From Helicobacteraceae bacterium (GTDB taxonomy: Bacteria; Campylobacterota; Campylobacteria; Campylobacterales; Helicobacteraceae), in assembly GCA_900770765.1 (NCBI GenBank), contig CAAGLK010000025.1, positions 2,388 to 66,387 of the forward strand: a DNA stretch of 64,000 bases, read 5' to 3'. Below the pieces are notes generated by a model. The model did no database searches. It saw nothing but the letters and a program-made list of their open reading frames with translations, and had not been told where the DNA came from. The position numbers were made by a program, and so were the translations under genes. Numbering within the stretch: the first letter of the stretch is position 1; each line of letters starts with the position of its first letter. Shown here piece after piece: positions 28,042-39,020 of the stretch.

Positions 28042-29435
28042 CAATTTTTAGAGAATATGATATTAGAGGAATCTTTAAGCAAGATTTGACAAAAGAAAGT
28101 GTGGTAAAAATAGGCTATTTAATTGGCTTAAAACTGCAAGAAAAGGGCGGTAAATCGCTAGGCGTGGGATATGATGCAAGGCTGCATTCTAAAGAGATTT
28201 TTAGCTGGTTTTGTGCTGGAGTGTTTGCAAGTGGGGTTAGAGTGTATGATTTAGGCGCGATTCCAACTCCTGTTTGCTATTATGCTTTATATTGTGATTT
28301 TGAAGGCTTGAGTTTAGATGGAAGCGTTATGATAACAGGCTCTCACAATCCACCAGAATACAATGGCTTTAAGATAACTTTAAAAAGACAGCCCTTTTTT
28401 GGCGAGGAAATTTATAAATTAGAAAAAGAATTTTACGCTCTTAATATAAAGGAGGTGGAATCTAAAATTATAGATAAGATTCCGCAGAGTTTAAGTGTGC
28501 TGCCTTTATATATAGATTATTTAGTTAAGGAATTTTCACATTTAAAGGGCTTAAAAGTGCCGCTTTGTATAGATTGTGGAAATGGAATTGCCGGGGTTGG
28601 AATCTTAGAGATTCTAAAAAGGCTTGATATTTCTGTTAATAGCTTGTTTGAGATGCCAGATGGAAATTTCCCAAATCATCACCCAGACCCAAGCGAAGAG
28701 AAAAATTTAAAGGATATTAAAAAAGAGTTGGAATTAAAAGGAGGAATTGGCTTTGCCTTTGATGGTGATGGCGATAGATTAGCGGTATTAAAGGCTACAA
28801 AAGAGGGGATAAAAAATTATAAAGGTGATGAGCTTGCAATAATTTTTGCAAATAGTATTAAAAATCCTGTTGTAATTGGAGAGGTAAAATGCTCGCAAAA
28901 TATGTATGAAGCGATAAATAAAATCGGTAAAAGCATTATGTATAAAACAGGGCATAGCAATTTAAAGGTTATGTTAAAAGAGTGTAATGCAGATATGGCT
29001 TTTGAAGTAAGTGGGCATATTTTCTTTAACGACCGCTACTTTGGCTTTGATGATGCTACTTATGCGGCTTTGCGTGTGCTAGAGCTTATTAAAAAAGATG
29101 GATTAGAGTTTGATAAATGTTTAGAGAATTTGCCAACGCTATATTCTACTGATGAAATAAAAATACAAACACAAGAGGAACAAAAATTTTTAATCATAGA
29201 AAAATTAAAAGAAGTATTGCAAAAAAGGCAGAATCTACCGCAAAACTTCCCTGAAATTTTAGAAATTATTACAATTGATGGCGTAAGGGTTGTGTTTAAA
29301 GATGGCTGGGGGTTAATTAGAGCTTCTAATACTACGCCTGTGCTTGTTACACGCTTTGAAGCTGTTAGTGCTGAGCTTTGTAGGCTTTATCAAAATGCAC
29401 TTTTAGAATTGTTAGAGGATATTAAAAATGCTTAA
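28026..29435 (+). CDS. Phosphomannomutase/phosphoglucomutase (alpha-D-phosphohexomutase)
   Basis: Active-site TGSHNPPEYNGFK, Mg-binding FDGDGDR, sugar-binding GEVKCS. Confidence 0.8.
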   Translation: MPEKLAIFREYDIRGIFKQDLTKESVVKIGYLIGLKLQEKGGKSLGVGYDARLHSKEIFSWFCAGVFASGVRVYDLGAIPTPVCYYALYCDFEGLSLDGSVMITGSHNPPEYNGFKITLKRQPFFGEEIYKLEKEFYALNIKEVESKIIDKIPQSLSVLPLYIDYLVKEFSHLKGLKVPLCIDCGNGIAGVGILEILKRLDISVNSLFEMPDGNFPNHHPDPSEEKNLKDIKKELELKGGIGFAFDGDGDRLAVLKATKEGIKNYKGDELAIIFANSIKNPVVIGEVKCSQNMYEAINKIGKSIMYKTGHSNLKVMLKECNADMAFEVSGHIFFNDRYFGFDDATYAALRVLELIKKDGLEFDKCLENLPTLYSTDEIKIQTQEEQKFLIIEKLKEVLQKRQNLPQNFPEILEIITIDGVRVVFKDGWGLIRASNTTPVLVTRFEAVSAELCRLYQNALLELLEDIKNA

Positions 29436-30435
29436 AATAAAATCACCTTATGATATGCACTTGCATTTAAGAGATAAAGAAATGCTAGAATCTGTAGCAA
29501 AATTTAGCGCAAAATACTTTAGCGGCGGCGTTGTAATGCCAAATTTAGCACAGCCTATTAGCAGCGTAGATTTAGCCCTAGCATATAAACAAAGGATTCT
29601 AGCAGCTTGTGGAGATGATAATTTTACGCCCTTTATGACTTTATATTTAAATGAAAATTTAGATAAAAAAGAATTACAAAGGGCAGTTGAAAATGATATT
29701 AGAATCTTAAAGTTATATCCAAAGGGTGCTACGACAAATAGTGAAAATGGCGTAAGCGATGTGCTAAGCCCTAAAATGCTAGAGATTTTAGAAATAGCAC
29801 AAGAGTTAGGATTCTTTTTAAGTATTCATGGTGAAAGTGGTGGGTTTTCGCTTGATAGAGAGGTGGAGTTTCATCCTATTTTTAGCGAGTTAGCACAAAC
29901 TTTTCCTAAGCTAAAAATAATTTTTGAACACTTAAGCGATAGGCGCTCCATTGCTTTAGTAGAAAAATATGAAAATTTATTTGCCACTTTGAGCTTACAT
30001 CATATTAGTATGAGTTTAGATGATGTTATTGGTGGGGCGTTAAATCCACATAATTTTTGTAAGCCGATTTTAAAATTACCACAAGATAGAGACGCACTTT
30101 TAAGTGTAGCTTTAAGTGCGCATTCTAAATTTGCTTTTGGCAGTGATTCTGCGCCGCATTTAAAAAGTGCTAAAGAGACCGCAAAAGGCGCCGCTGGAAT
30201 CTTTAGCGCGCCAATTTTGCTTCCAGCGCTAATAGAGATTTTTGAAAAGCATAATAAACTAGAGAATTTAGAAAAATTTGTAAGTTTAAATGCGCAAAAA
30301 ATTTATAATTTAAAAGGCGATTCTAAAGAAATAGTGCTGGTTAAAAAAGAGATGAAAATACCAGAGCTAATAGATGGAATCTGTCCTTTAAGAGCTGGTG
30401 AGATTCTAAGCTGGAGTTATGCAGAAAATGTCTAA
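29428..30435 (+). CDS. pyrC: Dihydroorotase (class II)
   Basis: [21 protein letters not shown] motifs, collinear with E. coli PyrC. Confidence 0.85.
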   Translation: MLKIKSPYDMHLHLRDKEMLESVAKFSAKYFSGGVVMPNLAQPISSVDLALAYKQRILAACGDDNFTPFMTLYLNENLDKKELQRAVENDIRILKLYPKGATTNSENGVSDVLSPKMLEILEIAQELGFFLSIHGESGGFSLDREVEFHPIFSELAQTFPKLKIIFEHLSDRRSIALVEKYENLFATLSLHHISMSLDDVIGGALNPHNFCKPILKLPQDRDALLSVALSAHSKFAFGSDSAPHLKSAKETAKGAAGIFSAPILLPALIEIFEKHNKLENLEKFVSLNAQKIYNLKGDSKEIVLVKKEMKIPELIDGICPLRAGEILSWSYAENV

Positions 30436-30919
30436 AGCTGCGATATATCCGGGGACATTTGACCCTATTACAAATGGGCATTTAGATATTATAGCTAGAG
30501 CTTGTAAGCTATTTGATGAGCTAATTGTCGCTGTGGCAAAATCAAGTGGTAAGAATCCTCTTTTTAATTTAGATGAGCGGGTTAAAATGGTGAATTTAGC
30601 TTTGCAAAATTTGCCAGAGCTGGAATCTAGGGTGCGTATATTACCTTTTTGTAATTTAATAGCGGATTTTGCAAAAGAACAAGGGGCGAATATTTTAGTA
30701 AGGGGCTTAAGGGCGGTGAGCGACTTTGAATATGAATTACAAATGGGCTATGCAAATGCCTCGCTAAATGATAAGCTAGAGACAATTTATTTAATGCCAT
30801 CACTTCAAAATGCCTTTATTAGCTCCACGGTTGTGCGCTCAATTTTAACTCATGGCGGAAGTGTGGGGCATTTAGTGCCTAGGAGTGTTGAGGAATATTT
30901 TAAAAATAAAGGCTTTTAA
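30419..30919 (+). CDS. coaD: Phosphopantetheine adenylyltransferase
   Basis: [18 protein letters not shown] (HxGH nucleotidyltransferase motif). Confidence 0.85.
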   Translation: MQKMSKAAIYPGTFDPITNGHLDIIARACKLFDELIVAVAKSSGKNPLFNLDERVKMVNLALQNLPELESRVRILPFCNLIADFAKEQGANILVRGLRAVSDFEYELQMGYANASLNDKLETIYLMPSLQNAFISSTVVRSILTHGGSVGHLVPRSVEEYFKNKGF

Positions 30920-31494
30920 TGCAAGTTGTTTTAGAGGGCATTGATACCGCTGGGAAAAGCACACAAATAGCACTTTTAAAAGAAGAGTTTAAAGATGCGA
31001 TTTTTACAAAAGAGCCTGGTGGGACGGAACTTGGAAAAAGGATTAGGGAGATTTTGTTGCACGATTTTAAGGATTCCGCTATTTGTGCTAAGGCGGAGTT
31101 ATTTTTGTTTTTAAGCGATAGGGCAGAGCATTATGAAAAATTGATTTTGCCAAATAAAAATAAATTAATAATTTGTGATAGGAGTTTAATCTCTGGCATT
31201 GCTTATGCAAAGGATTTTGACTTTGAATTTTTAAAAAAGTTAAATTTATTTGCACTTAATGGAATCTTGCCGCAAAAAGTCGTGCTTTTAAAGCTAGATA
31301 AAGACACGCTAGAATTTCGCTTAAAGCAAAAAGAAGCTGATAGCATTGAGGCAAGAGGAGTAGAGTATTTGCTAAATTTACAAGAGCGGCTAATTTTTAC
31401 CATTGAAAAGCTAGGCGTGGAGTGTGAAATTATAGACGCAAGCGAAGAAATTAGCGTTATTAATTCTAAAATAGTTGAGTTTATTAAAAAATAA
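30919..31494 (+). CDS. tmk: Thymidylate kinase
   Basis: P-loop EGIDTAGKST, DRY-like and lid regions. Confidence 0.8.
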   Translation: MQVVLEGIDTAGKSTQIALLKEEFKDAIFTKEPGGTELGKRIREILLHDFKDSAICAKAELFLFLSDRAEHYEKLILPNKNKLIICDRSLISGIAYAKDFDFEFLKKLNLFALNGILPQKVVLLKLDKDTLEFRLKQKEADSIEARGVEYLLNLQERLIFTIEKLGVECEIIDASEEISVINSKIVEFIKK

Positions 31495-32075
31495 TGCGAT
31501 GCTTTGTGTGTGGTGGGTTTAGCTTAAAAAGTGTGTGTGGATTCTGCTTTTTAAATATTGAAATAACGCCAAGGTGTAGGGAAATGCAAGGGTTAAAGAT
31601 ATATAGCTTTTTTGATTATGACAATATAGCTTCACTTTTGCATGCAAAATATGAGATTTTTGGCAGTGTTGTTTATAAGTTTTTAACAAAAAGGGCAGCG
31701 GAGTATTTAAAAAATAGAGTGGAATCTTGCAATATTTTTTCTATTGGAATTGATGATAAGGTAAGTATTAGAGGCTATGCACATAATGCGATATTTTTAA
31801 AGGCGTTAGAAAAAGTTGGCTTTAAGCCTATATATAATTTTTTACAAGCACAAAGCCCTATAAAATATGCTGGTAAGAATCTAGCCTTTAGAGAAAAGAA
31901 TCCTAGAAAATTTATTTTAAAAAAGAGGATTCCAAGCGGTCTTTTAGAGGGTGGGGCTGTGCTTGTAGATGATATTGTAACAACAGGCACTACTTTAAAA
32001 GAAGCTAAAAAGTTTTTAGAAGCACAAGAAATTAAAGTGCATTATGCTTTTGTGTTAAGCGATGCAGATGGTTAA
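31494..32075 (+). CDS. comFC: ComF-family phosphoribosyltransferase (competence protein ComFC-like)
   Basis: N-terminal Cys4 (CFVCGG...CGFCF) and C-terminal PRTase motif VLVDDIVTTGTT. Confidence 0.6.
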   Translation: MRCFVCGGFSLKSVCGFCFLNIEITPRCREMQGLKIYSFFDYDNIASLLHAKYEIFGSVVYKFLTKRAAEYLKNRVESCNIFSIGIDDKVSIRGYAHNAIFLKALEKVGFKPIYNFLQAQSPIKYAGKNLAFREKNPRKFILKKRIPSGLLEGGAVLVDDIVTTGTTLKEAKKFLEAQEIKVHYAFVLSDADG

Positions 32076-32125
32076 ATAAGTTTAAATTTTGTAAAATTTG
32101 CTTTTTAATTTTAGGATTTTAATAA

Positions 32126-33919
32126 ATGGAACAACAAGCCTTAGCTTTAAAATATAGACCAATAGATTTTGACTCATTAGTGGGGCAAGAAGCAGTTAGC
32201 CGCACTTTATCACTAGCGCTAGAGAGTAAGAGATTAAGCCATGCTTATTTATTTTCTGGACTTCGTGGTAGTGGGAAAACATCAAGTGCTAGAATCTTTG
32301 CAAGGGCATTGCAATGCGATAAGGGGCCAAGTGCGAAACCTTGCGGAGAGTGTGCTAACTGCATAGCGGCAAATCCGCATAAAATGCGACACATTGATAT
32401 AATTGAGCTAGATGGGGCGAGTAATCGCAAGATTGATGATATTAGAGAATTAATTGAGCAGACAAAATATCATCCAAATATGGGGCGATTTAAGATTTTT
32501 ATCATTGATGAGGTGCATATGCTAACTAGAGAGGCCTTTAATGCACTGCTAAAAACGCTAGAAGAGCCACCAGAGTATGTAAAATTTATTCTTGCTACAA
32601 CAGACCCATTGAAGCTACCAGCTACGATTCTAAGCCGCACACAGCATTTTAGATTTAAGAGAATTTCGGATAAAAATATTTTTAATCATCTTAAAAAAAT
32701 ATTAGAATTAGAAAAGATTCCACATCAAGATGAAGCGATAAATATGCTAATCCGCAGTGGCTCTGGCTCATTGCGTGATACTTTAACACTGCTTGACCAA
32801 GTAATAATTTATTCAAGCTACAATATAACCGCTGAGGCTTGTGCAAATATGCTAGGGCTTATAAATCCGCAGAGTTTAGGAGTGTTTTTTGACTCCATAT
32901 TTTTAAGGGATAATAAGGCTTTAATGGAGCATTTAGAAGGGTTTTTTGACTATGAATGTGAAATGCTGCTTGATACTATGGGGATATTTTTAAAAGATAA
33001 GCTATTTTTAGGTAATGATGAGCGATTTAGTGCGTTAATTGTAGATAGATTTTTTAGGATTCTATCGCAAGCTAGAGAAATGCTTTCCCTTGGCGCTAAT
33101 GAAAATTTCATTTTAACCTTAAGTGTTTTTAAGATGCTGGAATCCTTAAAGGTAGAGAGTATAGAAAAAGCTATTTTAGATTTAGAAAAAGGCTTTTTTG
33201 AATCCCTACCAAAAGAGCAAAAAAAGCAAGAGATAGCGCAAAAGGCGGAATCTATTAAAATGGATTCTAGTGTGCAAAAAATAGGGCAAATTTCACAAGA
33301 TGATAGCGTTAGTAAAAATAGGGCATTAGAGCTTTTCTCAATTTTAAGCGATAAAGTTTATTCTCTTAATTATGATTTAGGTGAGATTTTTGAAAAGAAT
33401 ATTAATTTTATTTCTTTTGAAAATAATATTTTAACTTGGGAGAGTGGAGCAGAGGGAGTAGCTAAAGAGAGATTAATTAATGGCTATGCTAAGATTAAGA
33501 CATTTGTGCAAGAGATTTTTGGTATTAATACAGAAATAAAAGTGCTTAAAAAAGAAGTTAAGATTCCGCCAGAGATTCCACAAACTCCGCCTACACAAGA
33601 GAAAGAAGCACAAGAAATTAAAGAGATTCCACCACAAAGAGAAATAGCACAAGAGATTCCACAAGAATCGCAAGGCTTTAATAAAAACGATGAACTAGAC
33701 GATGATGATACTCCGCCTTGGGAGGAGCCAAAGCAAACTAGAGGGAATCCGCAACCACCGCAATTACAAACTACACAAGCTAACGCCTCGCCGCAAGTGC
33801 CGCAAAAAAGCCAAGCACAGCTAGAGGTGGAATCCGCTCTGCAGAGTCCGCTTTTAAAAAATGCTAAAGAGCTTTTAGAGATTCGGCAAATTAAAGCGAC
33901 AACAATAAGTAGGAATTAA
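32126..33919 (+). CDS. dnaX: DNA polymerase III subunit gamma/tau
   Basis: AAA+ GLRGSGKTS, Zn module CGECANC, SRT/sensor motifs. Pro/Gln-rich low-complexity C-terminal linker. Confidence 0.85.
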   Translation: MEQQALALKYRPIDFDSLVGQEAVSRTLSLALESKRLSHAYLFSGLRGSGKTSSARIFARALQCDKGPSAKPCGECANCIAANPHKMRHIDIIELDGASNRKIDDIRELIEQTKYHPNMGRFKIFIIDEVHMLTREAFNALLKTLEEPPEYVKFILATTDPLKLPATILSRTQHFRFKRISDKNIFNHLKKILELEKIPHQDEAINMLIRSGSGSLRDTLTLLDQVIIYSSYNITAEACANMLGLINPQSLGVFFDSIFLRDNKALMEHLEGFFDYECEMLLDTMGIFLKDKLFLGNDERFSALIVDRFFRILSQAREMLSLGANENFILTLSVFKMLESLKVESIEKAILDLEKGFFESLPKEQKKQEIAQKAESIKMDSSVQKIGQISQDDSVSKNRALELFSILSDKVYSLNYDLGEIFEKNINFISFENNILTWESGAEGVAKERLINGYAKIKTFVQEIFGINTEIKVLKKEVKIPPEIPQTPPTQEKEAQEIKEIPPQREIAQEIPQESQGFNKNDELDDDDTPPWEEPKQTRGNPQPPQLQTTQANASPQVPQKSQAQLEVESALQSPLLKNAKELLEIRQIKATTISRN

Positions 33920-34326
33920 TGCAAGAATTTATTTTAAAAGAAAGTGAGCTTTTTAAATTATGTGAAGCACTTGATTTAGCTAAGAATCCCGGAATTTATT
34001 TATTAAGCGGTAATTTAGCAAGCGGCAAAACAACGCTAATACAGGAATTTGTCAAAGCATTAGGAGAGAATTGTGCTGTAACTTCCCCTACTTATTTGCT
34101 ATCGCAATGCTATGGGGATAGAATCTTTCATTATGATATTTATCAAAAAAGTTTGCAAGAGCTTTTAGAGTTAGGATTCTTAGAAGAGCTTGAAAAAAGC
34201 GGCTGGCATTTTATAGAGTGGGGTGATGAAAATTTAGCTAAAATATTAAGAGAAGTTGGTTTATCTTTTAAAAGCATTTTTATATCATTAGAAAAAAACG
34301 CTAGAAAATATAGTATCAAGGGTTAA
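33919..34326 (+). CDS. tsaE: tRNA threonylcarbamoyladenosine biosynthesis ATPase TsaE
   Basis: Walker [12 protein letters not shown], 135 aa. ATGA overlap with dnaX. Confidence 0.7.
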   Translation: MQEFILKESELFKLCEALDLAKNPGIYLLSGNLASGKTTLIQEFVKALGENCAVTSPTYLLSQCYGDRIFHYDIYQKSLQELLELGFLEELEKSGWHFIEWGDENLAKILREVGLSFKSIFISLEKNARKYSIKG

Positions 34327-34327
34327 A

Positions 34328-35050
34328 ATGCATTTTTTAGAAGCAAAAAATCTTAGCAAAATTATTAAAAAAACAAGAATTATTAATGATATTTCTATAA
34401 GTGTTAAAAGTGGCGAAGTAGTGGGGCTTTTAGGACCAAATGGAGCTGGTAAAACTACTAGCTTTTATATAATTTGCGGACTTTTAGCGCCTAGTAGTGG
34501 TAGTGTTAGCTTTGATGGGATGGATATTACAAGTTTTAGTTTGCATAAGCGTTCAAGTCTAGGGATTGGCTATTTACCGCAAGAATCTAGTGTTTTTAAA
34601 GATTTAAGCGTAGAGGAGAATTTACGCCTTGCCGCTGAAGTTTGCATTAAAGATGAAATAGAGCAAGATAGCCGCATAGAGGAGCTTTTAGAAGAGTTTA
34701 ATATTGAAGCGATTCGTAATAGAAAGGGTGTGAATCTAAGCGGTGGAGAGAGGAGGCGAGTAGAAATCGCTAGAGCTTTAGTTAAGAAGCCTAAGTTTAT
34801 TTTGCTAGATGAGCCTTTTGCTGGGGTGGACCCAATTGCGGTGCTAGATATTCAAAATATTATTAAAAAATTAGTTGAGTTTGGGATTGGCGTTTTAATT
34901 ACAGACCATAATGTGCGAGAAACTCTAAGTGTGTGTCATCGTGCCTATGTGATTAATAAGGGAGATTTATTAGCAAGTGGGGATAGTAGTGAGATTTATA
35001 AAAACGAGCTTGTTAGAAAGCATTATTTAGGAGAACATTTTAAAGTATGA
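34328..35050 (+). CDS. lptB: LPS export ABC transporter ATP-binding protein
   Basis: Walker [10 protein letters not shown], signature LSGGERRR, Walker B ILLDEP. Sits immediately upstream of rpoN (conserved lptB-rpoN linkage). Confidence 0.8.
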   Translation: MHFLEAKNLSKIIKKTRIINDISISVKSGEVVGLLGPNGAGKTTSFYIICGLLAPSSGSVSFDGMDITSFSLHKRSSLGIGYLPQESSVFKDLSVEENLRLAAEVCIKDEIEQDSRIEELLEEFNIEAIRNRKGVNLSGGERRRVEIARALVKKPKFILLDEPFAGVDPIAVLDIQNIIKKLVEFGIGVLITDHNVRETLSVCHRAYVINKGDLLASGDSSEIYKNELVRKHYLGEHFKV

Positions 35051-36375
35051 AATTACGCACACAAGCCACCGCATCTTTAAAGACAAAGCTATCTTCTACG
35101 CTTAAGAGTTGGTTGCCTATTTTACAAAGTGGTATGCATGAATTAGAGGAAACTTTAAATTCTTTTAACAAAGAAAATCCATATTTTGAAGTAAAATCTA
35201 AAATTATGCAAGATTTTAGCACACAGGATTCTAAGCATAAAAAGAAAAGCAAAGAAGCATTAAGAGGGGCGAAGGGAAGTGCGTTTGAAGGTGATAGTTT
35301 AGAGCAGTTTTGCATAAGTTGCGATTCTTTAGAAGTTGTGTTGTTTAATCAAATTGAGCCGCCATTATTTCCTACAAAAAGCTCTCAAGAAATAGCAAAA
35401 AAAATTATAGAAAATTTAGACGCCGATGGATATTTTGATGGAGATTGTGAAAGAATAGCACAAGAATGTAGTGAGATTTTAGGTGTAAATATCACAGAAG
35501 CACAAGTAGATGGAATCCGTAAGCGATTTGCCCATTTAGAGCCAAGCGGCATTGGTGCGTTAAATGTGGTGGAATCCTTTTTTTTTCAGCTTGAAAATTT
35601 AGATGTCCCTAGTGATATTTATGGACTTGTTGTAGAAATTTTAGAGGACTTAGAATCCCATATTAAATTTCAAAAAAATCCACTCTATCCTAAAGCTATG
35701 CGAGTGATACAAAGTTTTAAGAATCCTCCAGCTATTGATTATTTTCAAAAAGAAGAAGAAATAATCCCAGATATTTTAGTGCTAGAGGATAAAAATAGCA
35801 TAAATGTGCATATTAATGAAAAATATTATCCTAGCATTGAGATTCTAAAGCCAGATAAAAAAAGCACCACAAAAGAAAGCGAGGAGTTTTTAAAAAGCAA
35901 AATAAAAGAAGCGCGAGATTTAGTAGATGCGCTTGAGATGCGAAAAGCTACATTATATAAAATAGGACTTATGATTGTGGAGTATCAATATGACTTTTTT
36001 AAAGGTGGCGAGATTAAGCCTATGAAGCTAAAGGACTTAGCAGATGAATTTGGTCACTCTCCTAGCACGATTTCTAGAGCGATTTCTAATAAATATTTAG
36101 AATGCTCTAGGGGTATTATCGCACTTAAAAACTTTTTTACAACCGCTATTGATTTGGACACTTCAAATGCGACTATTAAGGATTTTGTCGCTACGCTTAT
36201 TAAAAATGAAAATAAGCAAAAGCCGCTAAGTGATAGTAAGATTCTAAAATTAGCAGTGGAGAAATTTAAGGTTAATATGGTTAGACGAACTATTGCAAAA
36301 TATAGGGCACAGCTAAATATTGCAAGCTCTAGCGAGAGAAAAAAGCTATATTTAATGTCGGTTAATTTACATTAA
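35047..36375 (+). CDS. rpoN: RNA polymerase sigma-54 factor
   Basis: C-terminal RpoN box [13 protein letters not shown] and HTH region. Contains a T9 tract (35578..35586). Confidence 0.85.
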   Translation: MKLRTQATASLKTKLSSTLKSWLPILQSGMHELEETLNSFNKENPYFEVKSKIMQDFSTQDSKHKKKSKEALRGAKGSAFEGDSLEQFCISCDSLEVVLFNQIEPPLFPTKSSQEIAKKIIENLDADGYFDGDCERIAQECSEILGVNITEAQVDGIRKRFAHLEPSGIGALNVVESFFFQLENLDVPSDIYGLVVEILEDLESHIKFQKNPLYPKAMRVIQSFKNPPAIDYFQKEEEIIPDILVLEDKNSINVHINEKYYPSIEILKPDKKSTTKESEEFLKSKIKEARDLVDALEMRKATLYKIGLMIVEYQYDFFKGGEIKPMKLKDLADEFGHSPSTISRAISNKYLECSRGIIALKNFFTTAIDLDTSNATIKDFVATLIKNENKQKPLSDSKILKLAVEKFKVNMVRRTIAKYRAQLNIASSSERKKLYLMSVNLH

Positions 36376-36445
36376 TTTTATAATTGCTTTATTTTAACTT
36401 TATATTTTGCTTTTATAATTGTGATTATCATTTAAAGGAGAAACA

Positions 36446-36889
36446 ATGAAAACACAAATTTTAAAAACGACTTTAGGCTTTGTGCTTGTTAGCGCATTAA
36501 GTGCAAGTGCTTTTGCGGCGGATTTTTCTAAAAAAAGCGATAAAGAGCTAATAGATTTAGCAGGTAAAGTCGCACCAAAGGATTATCCAGATTTTAAAAT
36601 GGAAGTTTATAAAAGAGTGCAAGAAATGAAAGTAAAAGATGCAAAAGTCTTTAAAGAGCAGATGCGTAAAGCAAAAAGAGAAGCAATGCAAAACAACACG
36701 GTTAAGAAAAATAGAGAATACAAAGAAGCTATAAAAAAAGAAATAGACAAACGCTTAGAGAGTATGACGATTGAAGAAGCTAGAAATAGCGGTCTTTTAC
36801 AAAAGCCTAGAAATTTTCAAGAGCGAGATGCACAAAGGGATTTTAGAGATGGACGCCCTTGCGATGTAAGCTGCCCTTTAAATCGCTAA
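36446..36889 (+). CDS. Hypothetical secreted protein (signal peptide, Lys/Glu-rich, C-terminal CxxxC)
   Basis: N-terminal signal LGFVLVSALSASAFA followed by a charged helical region. Confidence 0.5.
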   Translation: MKTQILKTTLGFVLVSALSASAFAADFSKKSDKELIDLAGKVAPKDYPDFKMEVYKRVQEMKVKDAKVFKEQMRKAKREAMQNNTVKKNREYKEAIKKEIDKRLESMTIEEARNSGLLQKPRNFQERDAQRDFRDGRPCDVSCPLNR

Positions 36890-38028
36890 TCTTTTAAAAT
36901 TGCTTGGGCGCAATGCCACGCACTAGCCCAAGCAAAGGCTAAGTTATGCCCCCCACGATTCCCCACTATATCTAGCATTTCGCCTATTATAAATAGATTT
37001 TTTATTTTTTTAGAAGCAAAAGTTTTTGCGTCTATTTCTTTTACACTTACGCCACCTCCACTAACTTCTGCCATTTCAAATCCATAGGGGATAATGTTTT
37101 TGAGATTGAAATTTTTAAGCAAAAAGCATAGTTGTTTTATGTGTTTTGTATTGTTTGTAAAATTAAAGTTTTGCATAAAATATTTTGCTAATTTTGGCGG
37201 TAAGATTCCGCACAATATGGATTCTAGCGATAAATTTGCATTGTGTTTGTGTAAAAAATGATTTTCTAATTCTTGTAAAGACAAGGTTGGCAGTAAATCT
37301 AAGATTATTTCTAAATTTTTCTTTGTTTTGCAATATGAAGATATATCAAGCACTCCAAAGCCAGAGATTCCATAGCTTGTAAATAGCACATCATTTGTGG
37401 TTTGTGCTAGAATCTTTATGCTATCTTTTAGCGTTATTTTTGCATTTATTTTTACGCCGCTTATTTGCTCTTTTGATTTTATATTGCAATTTAGAGGCGT
37501 AAGAGATGGATAAGGCTGTAATATTTCTAATTGTAGTGATTTTGCAAGAGCTAAGCCTTTTGCGCTTCCGCCTAATTTTGGGTGTGCTTGGCTACCGCAA
37601 GCCAGGATTAAGTGGGTGCAAATATGCAATTCTTTATTGTTAGTTTCTAGCTGGAATCCGTTTTTAAAATTTGCGATTTTTGTAACTTCATTTTCGCATA
37701 GGATTTTTAAATTTTTCGCTTGTTGTAGGTGTTTTTCAAATATCATAAGCACCGATTTTGCAGAATTTGACAATGGATAAATTTTTTGATTTTCCGTTTT
37801 TGTTAATAATAAGCCAAGATTTTTACAAATTTTTTCAAAGGCTTTAAAATCAAATGAGTTTAAAATGGATTCTAGCTCATTTGTTAAAAAAGATGAGCTT
37901 TGAAATTCATTTGCATTTGTGTTTGCATTATGTATATTGCAGCGACCATTTCCGGTGGCTAGGAGCTTTTTCCCTAGAATCTTATTTTTTTCAAAAATTA
38001 TTGTTTTTATATTATATTTTGCTAACAA
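36886..38028 (-). CDS. HI0933/BaiN-family FAD-dependent flavoprotein
   Basis: N-terminal FAD-binding region with Rossmann-like character and C-terminal GGG motifs typical of the HI0933 family (NGRCNIHN near the N-terminus). Confidence 0.65.
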   Translation of the reverse strand: MLAKYNIKTIIFEKNKILGKKLLATGNGRCNIHNANTNANEFQSSSFLTNELESILNSFDFKAFEKICKNLGLLLTKTENQKIYPLSNSAKSVLMIFEKHLQQAKNLKILCENEVTKIANFKNGFQLETNNKELHICTHLILACGSQAHPKLGGSAKGLALAKSLQLEILQPYPSLTPLNCNIKSKEQISGVKINAKITLKDSIKILAQTTNDVLFTSYGISGFGVLDISSYCKTKKNLEIILDLLPTLSLQELENHFLHKHNANLSLESILCGILPPKLAKYFMQNFNFTNNTKHIKQLCFLLKNFNLKNIIPYGFEMAEVSGGGVSVKEIDAKTFASKKIKNLFIIGEMLDIVGNRGGHNLAFAWASAWHCAQAILKD

Positions 38029-38090
38029 AATAGCACAAAAGATTCCACTCGCACCACCGCCAACGATGGCAACGCAAGAATCTTTAGCCT

Positions 38091-39017
38091 TTATTGAAAG
38101 CTCCCATAAGACATAAGTTTATTAAAGCGGTTTTGTAAATAGTTAGAATCTTTTTTAATGGATTCTAGCTCTTTTAGAAAATATTTTTTAATTGCATTTG
38201 CAGCACTTTCTTTATCTCTATGCGCCCCAATCTCTGGCTCTTTAATGATATCATCAATCAATTTTGCTTCTTTTAATCCTTCAGGAGTTATTTTTAAAGC
38301 TTGTGTTGCATTTTCAATTTTAGTTGGGTCATTCCACAAAATTGCCGCACAACCTTCAGGCGAAATTACGCTAAAAATAGAATACTGCATCATAGCAAGG
38401 CGGTCTGCTACACCTATGGCAAGCGCCCCACCACTTCCACCTTCGCCAATTACTATAGAAATGGTTGGAATCTTTAGTGTGCTAAATTCTTGTAAATTCT
38501 TTGCAATCGCTTCACTCTGCCCTCTTTCTTCTGCACCAATTCCAGGGTAAGCACCAGGAGTATCTATAAACATTAATAGCGGAATCTTAAATTTCTCTGC
38601 CATTTTTGCCGCTCTTAAAGCCTTGCGATATCCCTCTGGGTTTGGCATACCGAAATTTCTTTGCAATTTATTTTTTGTCCCTCTGCCTTTTTCCTCGCCA
38701 ATTATCATTACTTTTTGATTGTCAATTTTACCTAAAAAGCAAACGATGGCATTATCATCGCTAAAATGTCTATCGCCGTGTATTTCAATAGCGTCTTTTA
38801 GTAATAAATTTATATAATCCATAGCATAAGGTCGGTCTGGATGGCGAGCGAGCTGGAGTTTTTGATAATCGCTTAAATTAGAATAAACTTGCTTAACTTC
38901 TTTATCTAGTGCGTTTTGTAGAATCTCAATTGCGTGAGAATCATTTTTTAGAGAAGCTGTAGAGATGCTTTCTTGTATATTTTTTATTTTTAATTCAAAA
39001 TCTAAATAAGTAGCCAC
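38091..39017 (-). CDS. accA: Acetyl-CoA carboxylase carboxyltransferase subunit alpha
   Basis: [23 protein letters not shown], collinear with AccA. Confidence 0.85.
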   Translation of the reverse strand: MATYLDFELKIKNIQESISTASLKNDSHAIEILQNALDKEVKQVYSNLSDYQKLQLARHPDRPYAMDYINLLLKDAIEIHGDRHFSDDNAIVCFLGKIDNQKVMIIGEEKGRGTKNKLQRNFGMPNPEGYRKALRAAKMAEKFKIPLLMFIDTPGAYPGIGAEERGQSEAIAKNLQEFSTLKIPTISIVIGEGGSGGALAIGVADRLAMMQYSIFSVISPEGCAAILWNDPTKIENATQALKITPEGLKEAKLIDDIIKEPEIGAHRDKESAANAIKKYFLKELESIKKDSNYLQNRFNKLMSYGSFQ

Positions 39018-39020
39018 AAT

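Noticed and set aside
38158-38550. Plus-strand ORF inside accA
   Set aside because: Shadow ORF antisense to a highly conserved gene.
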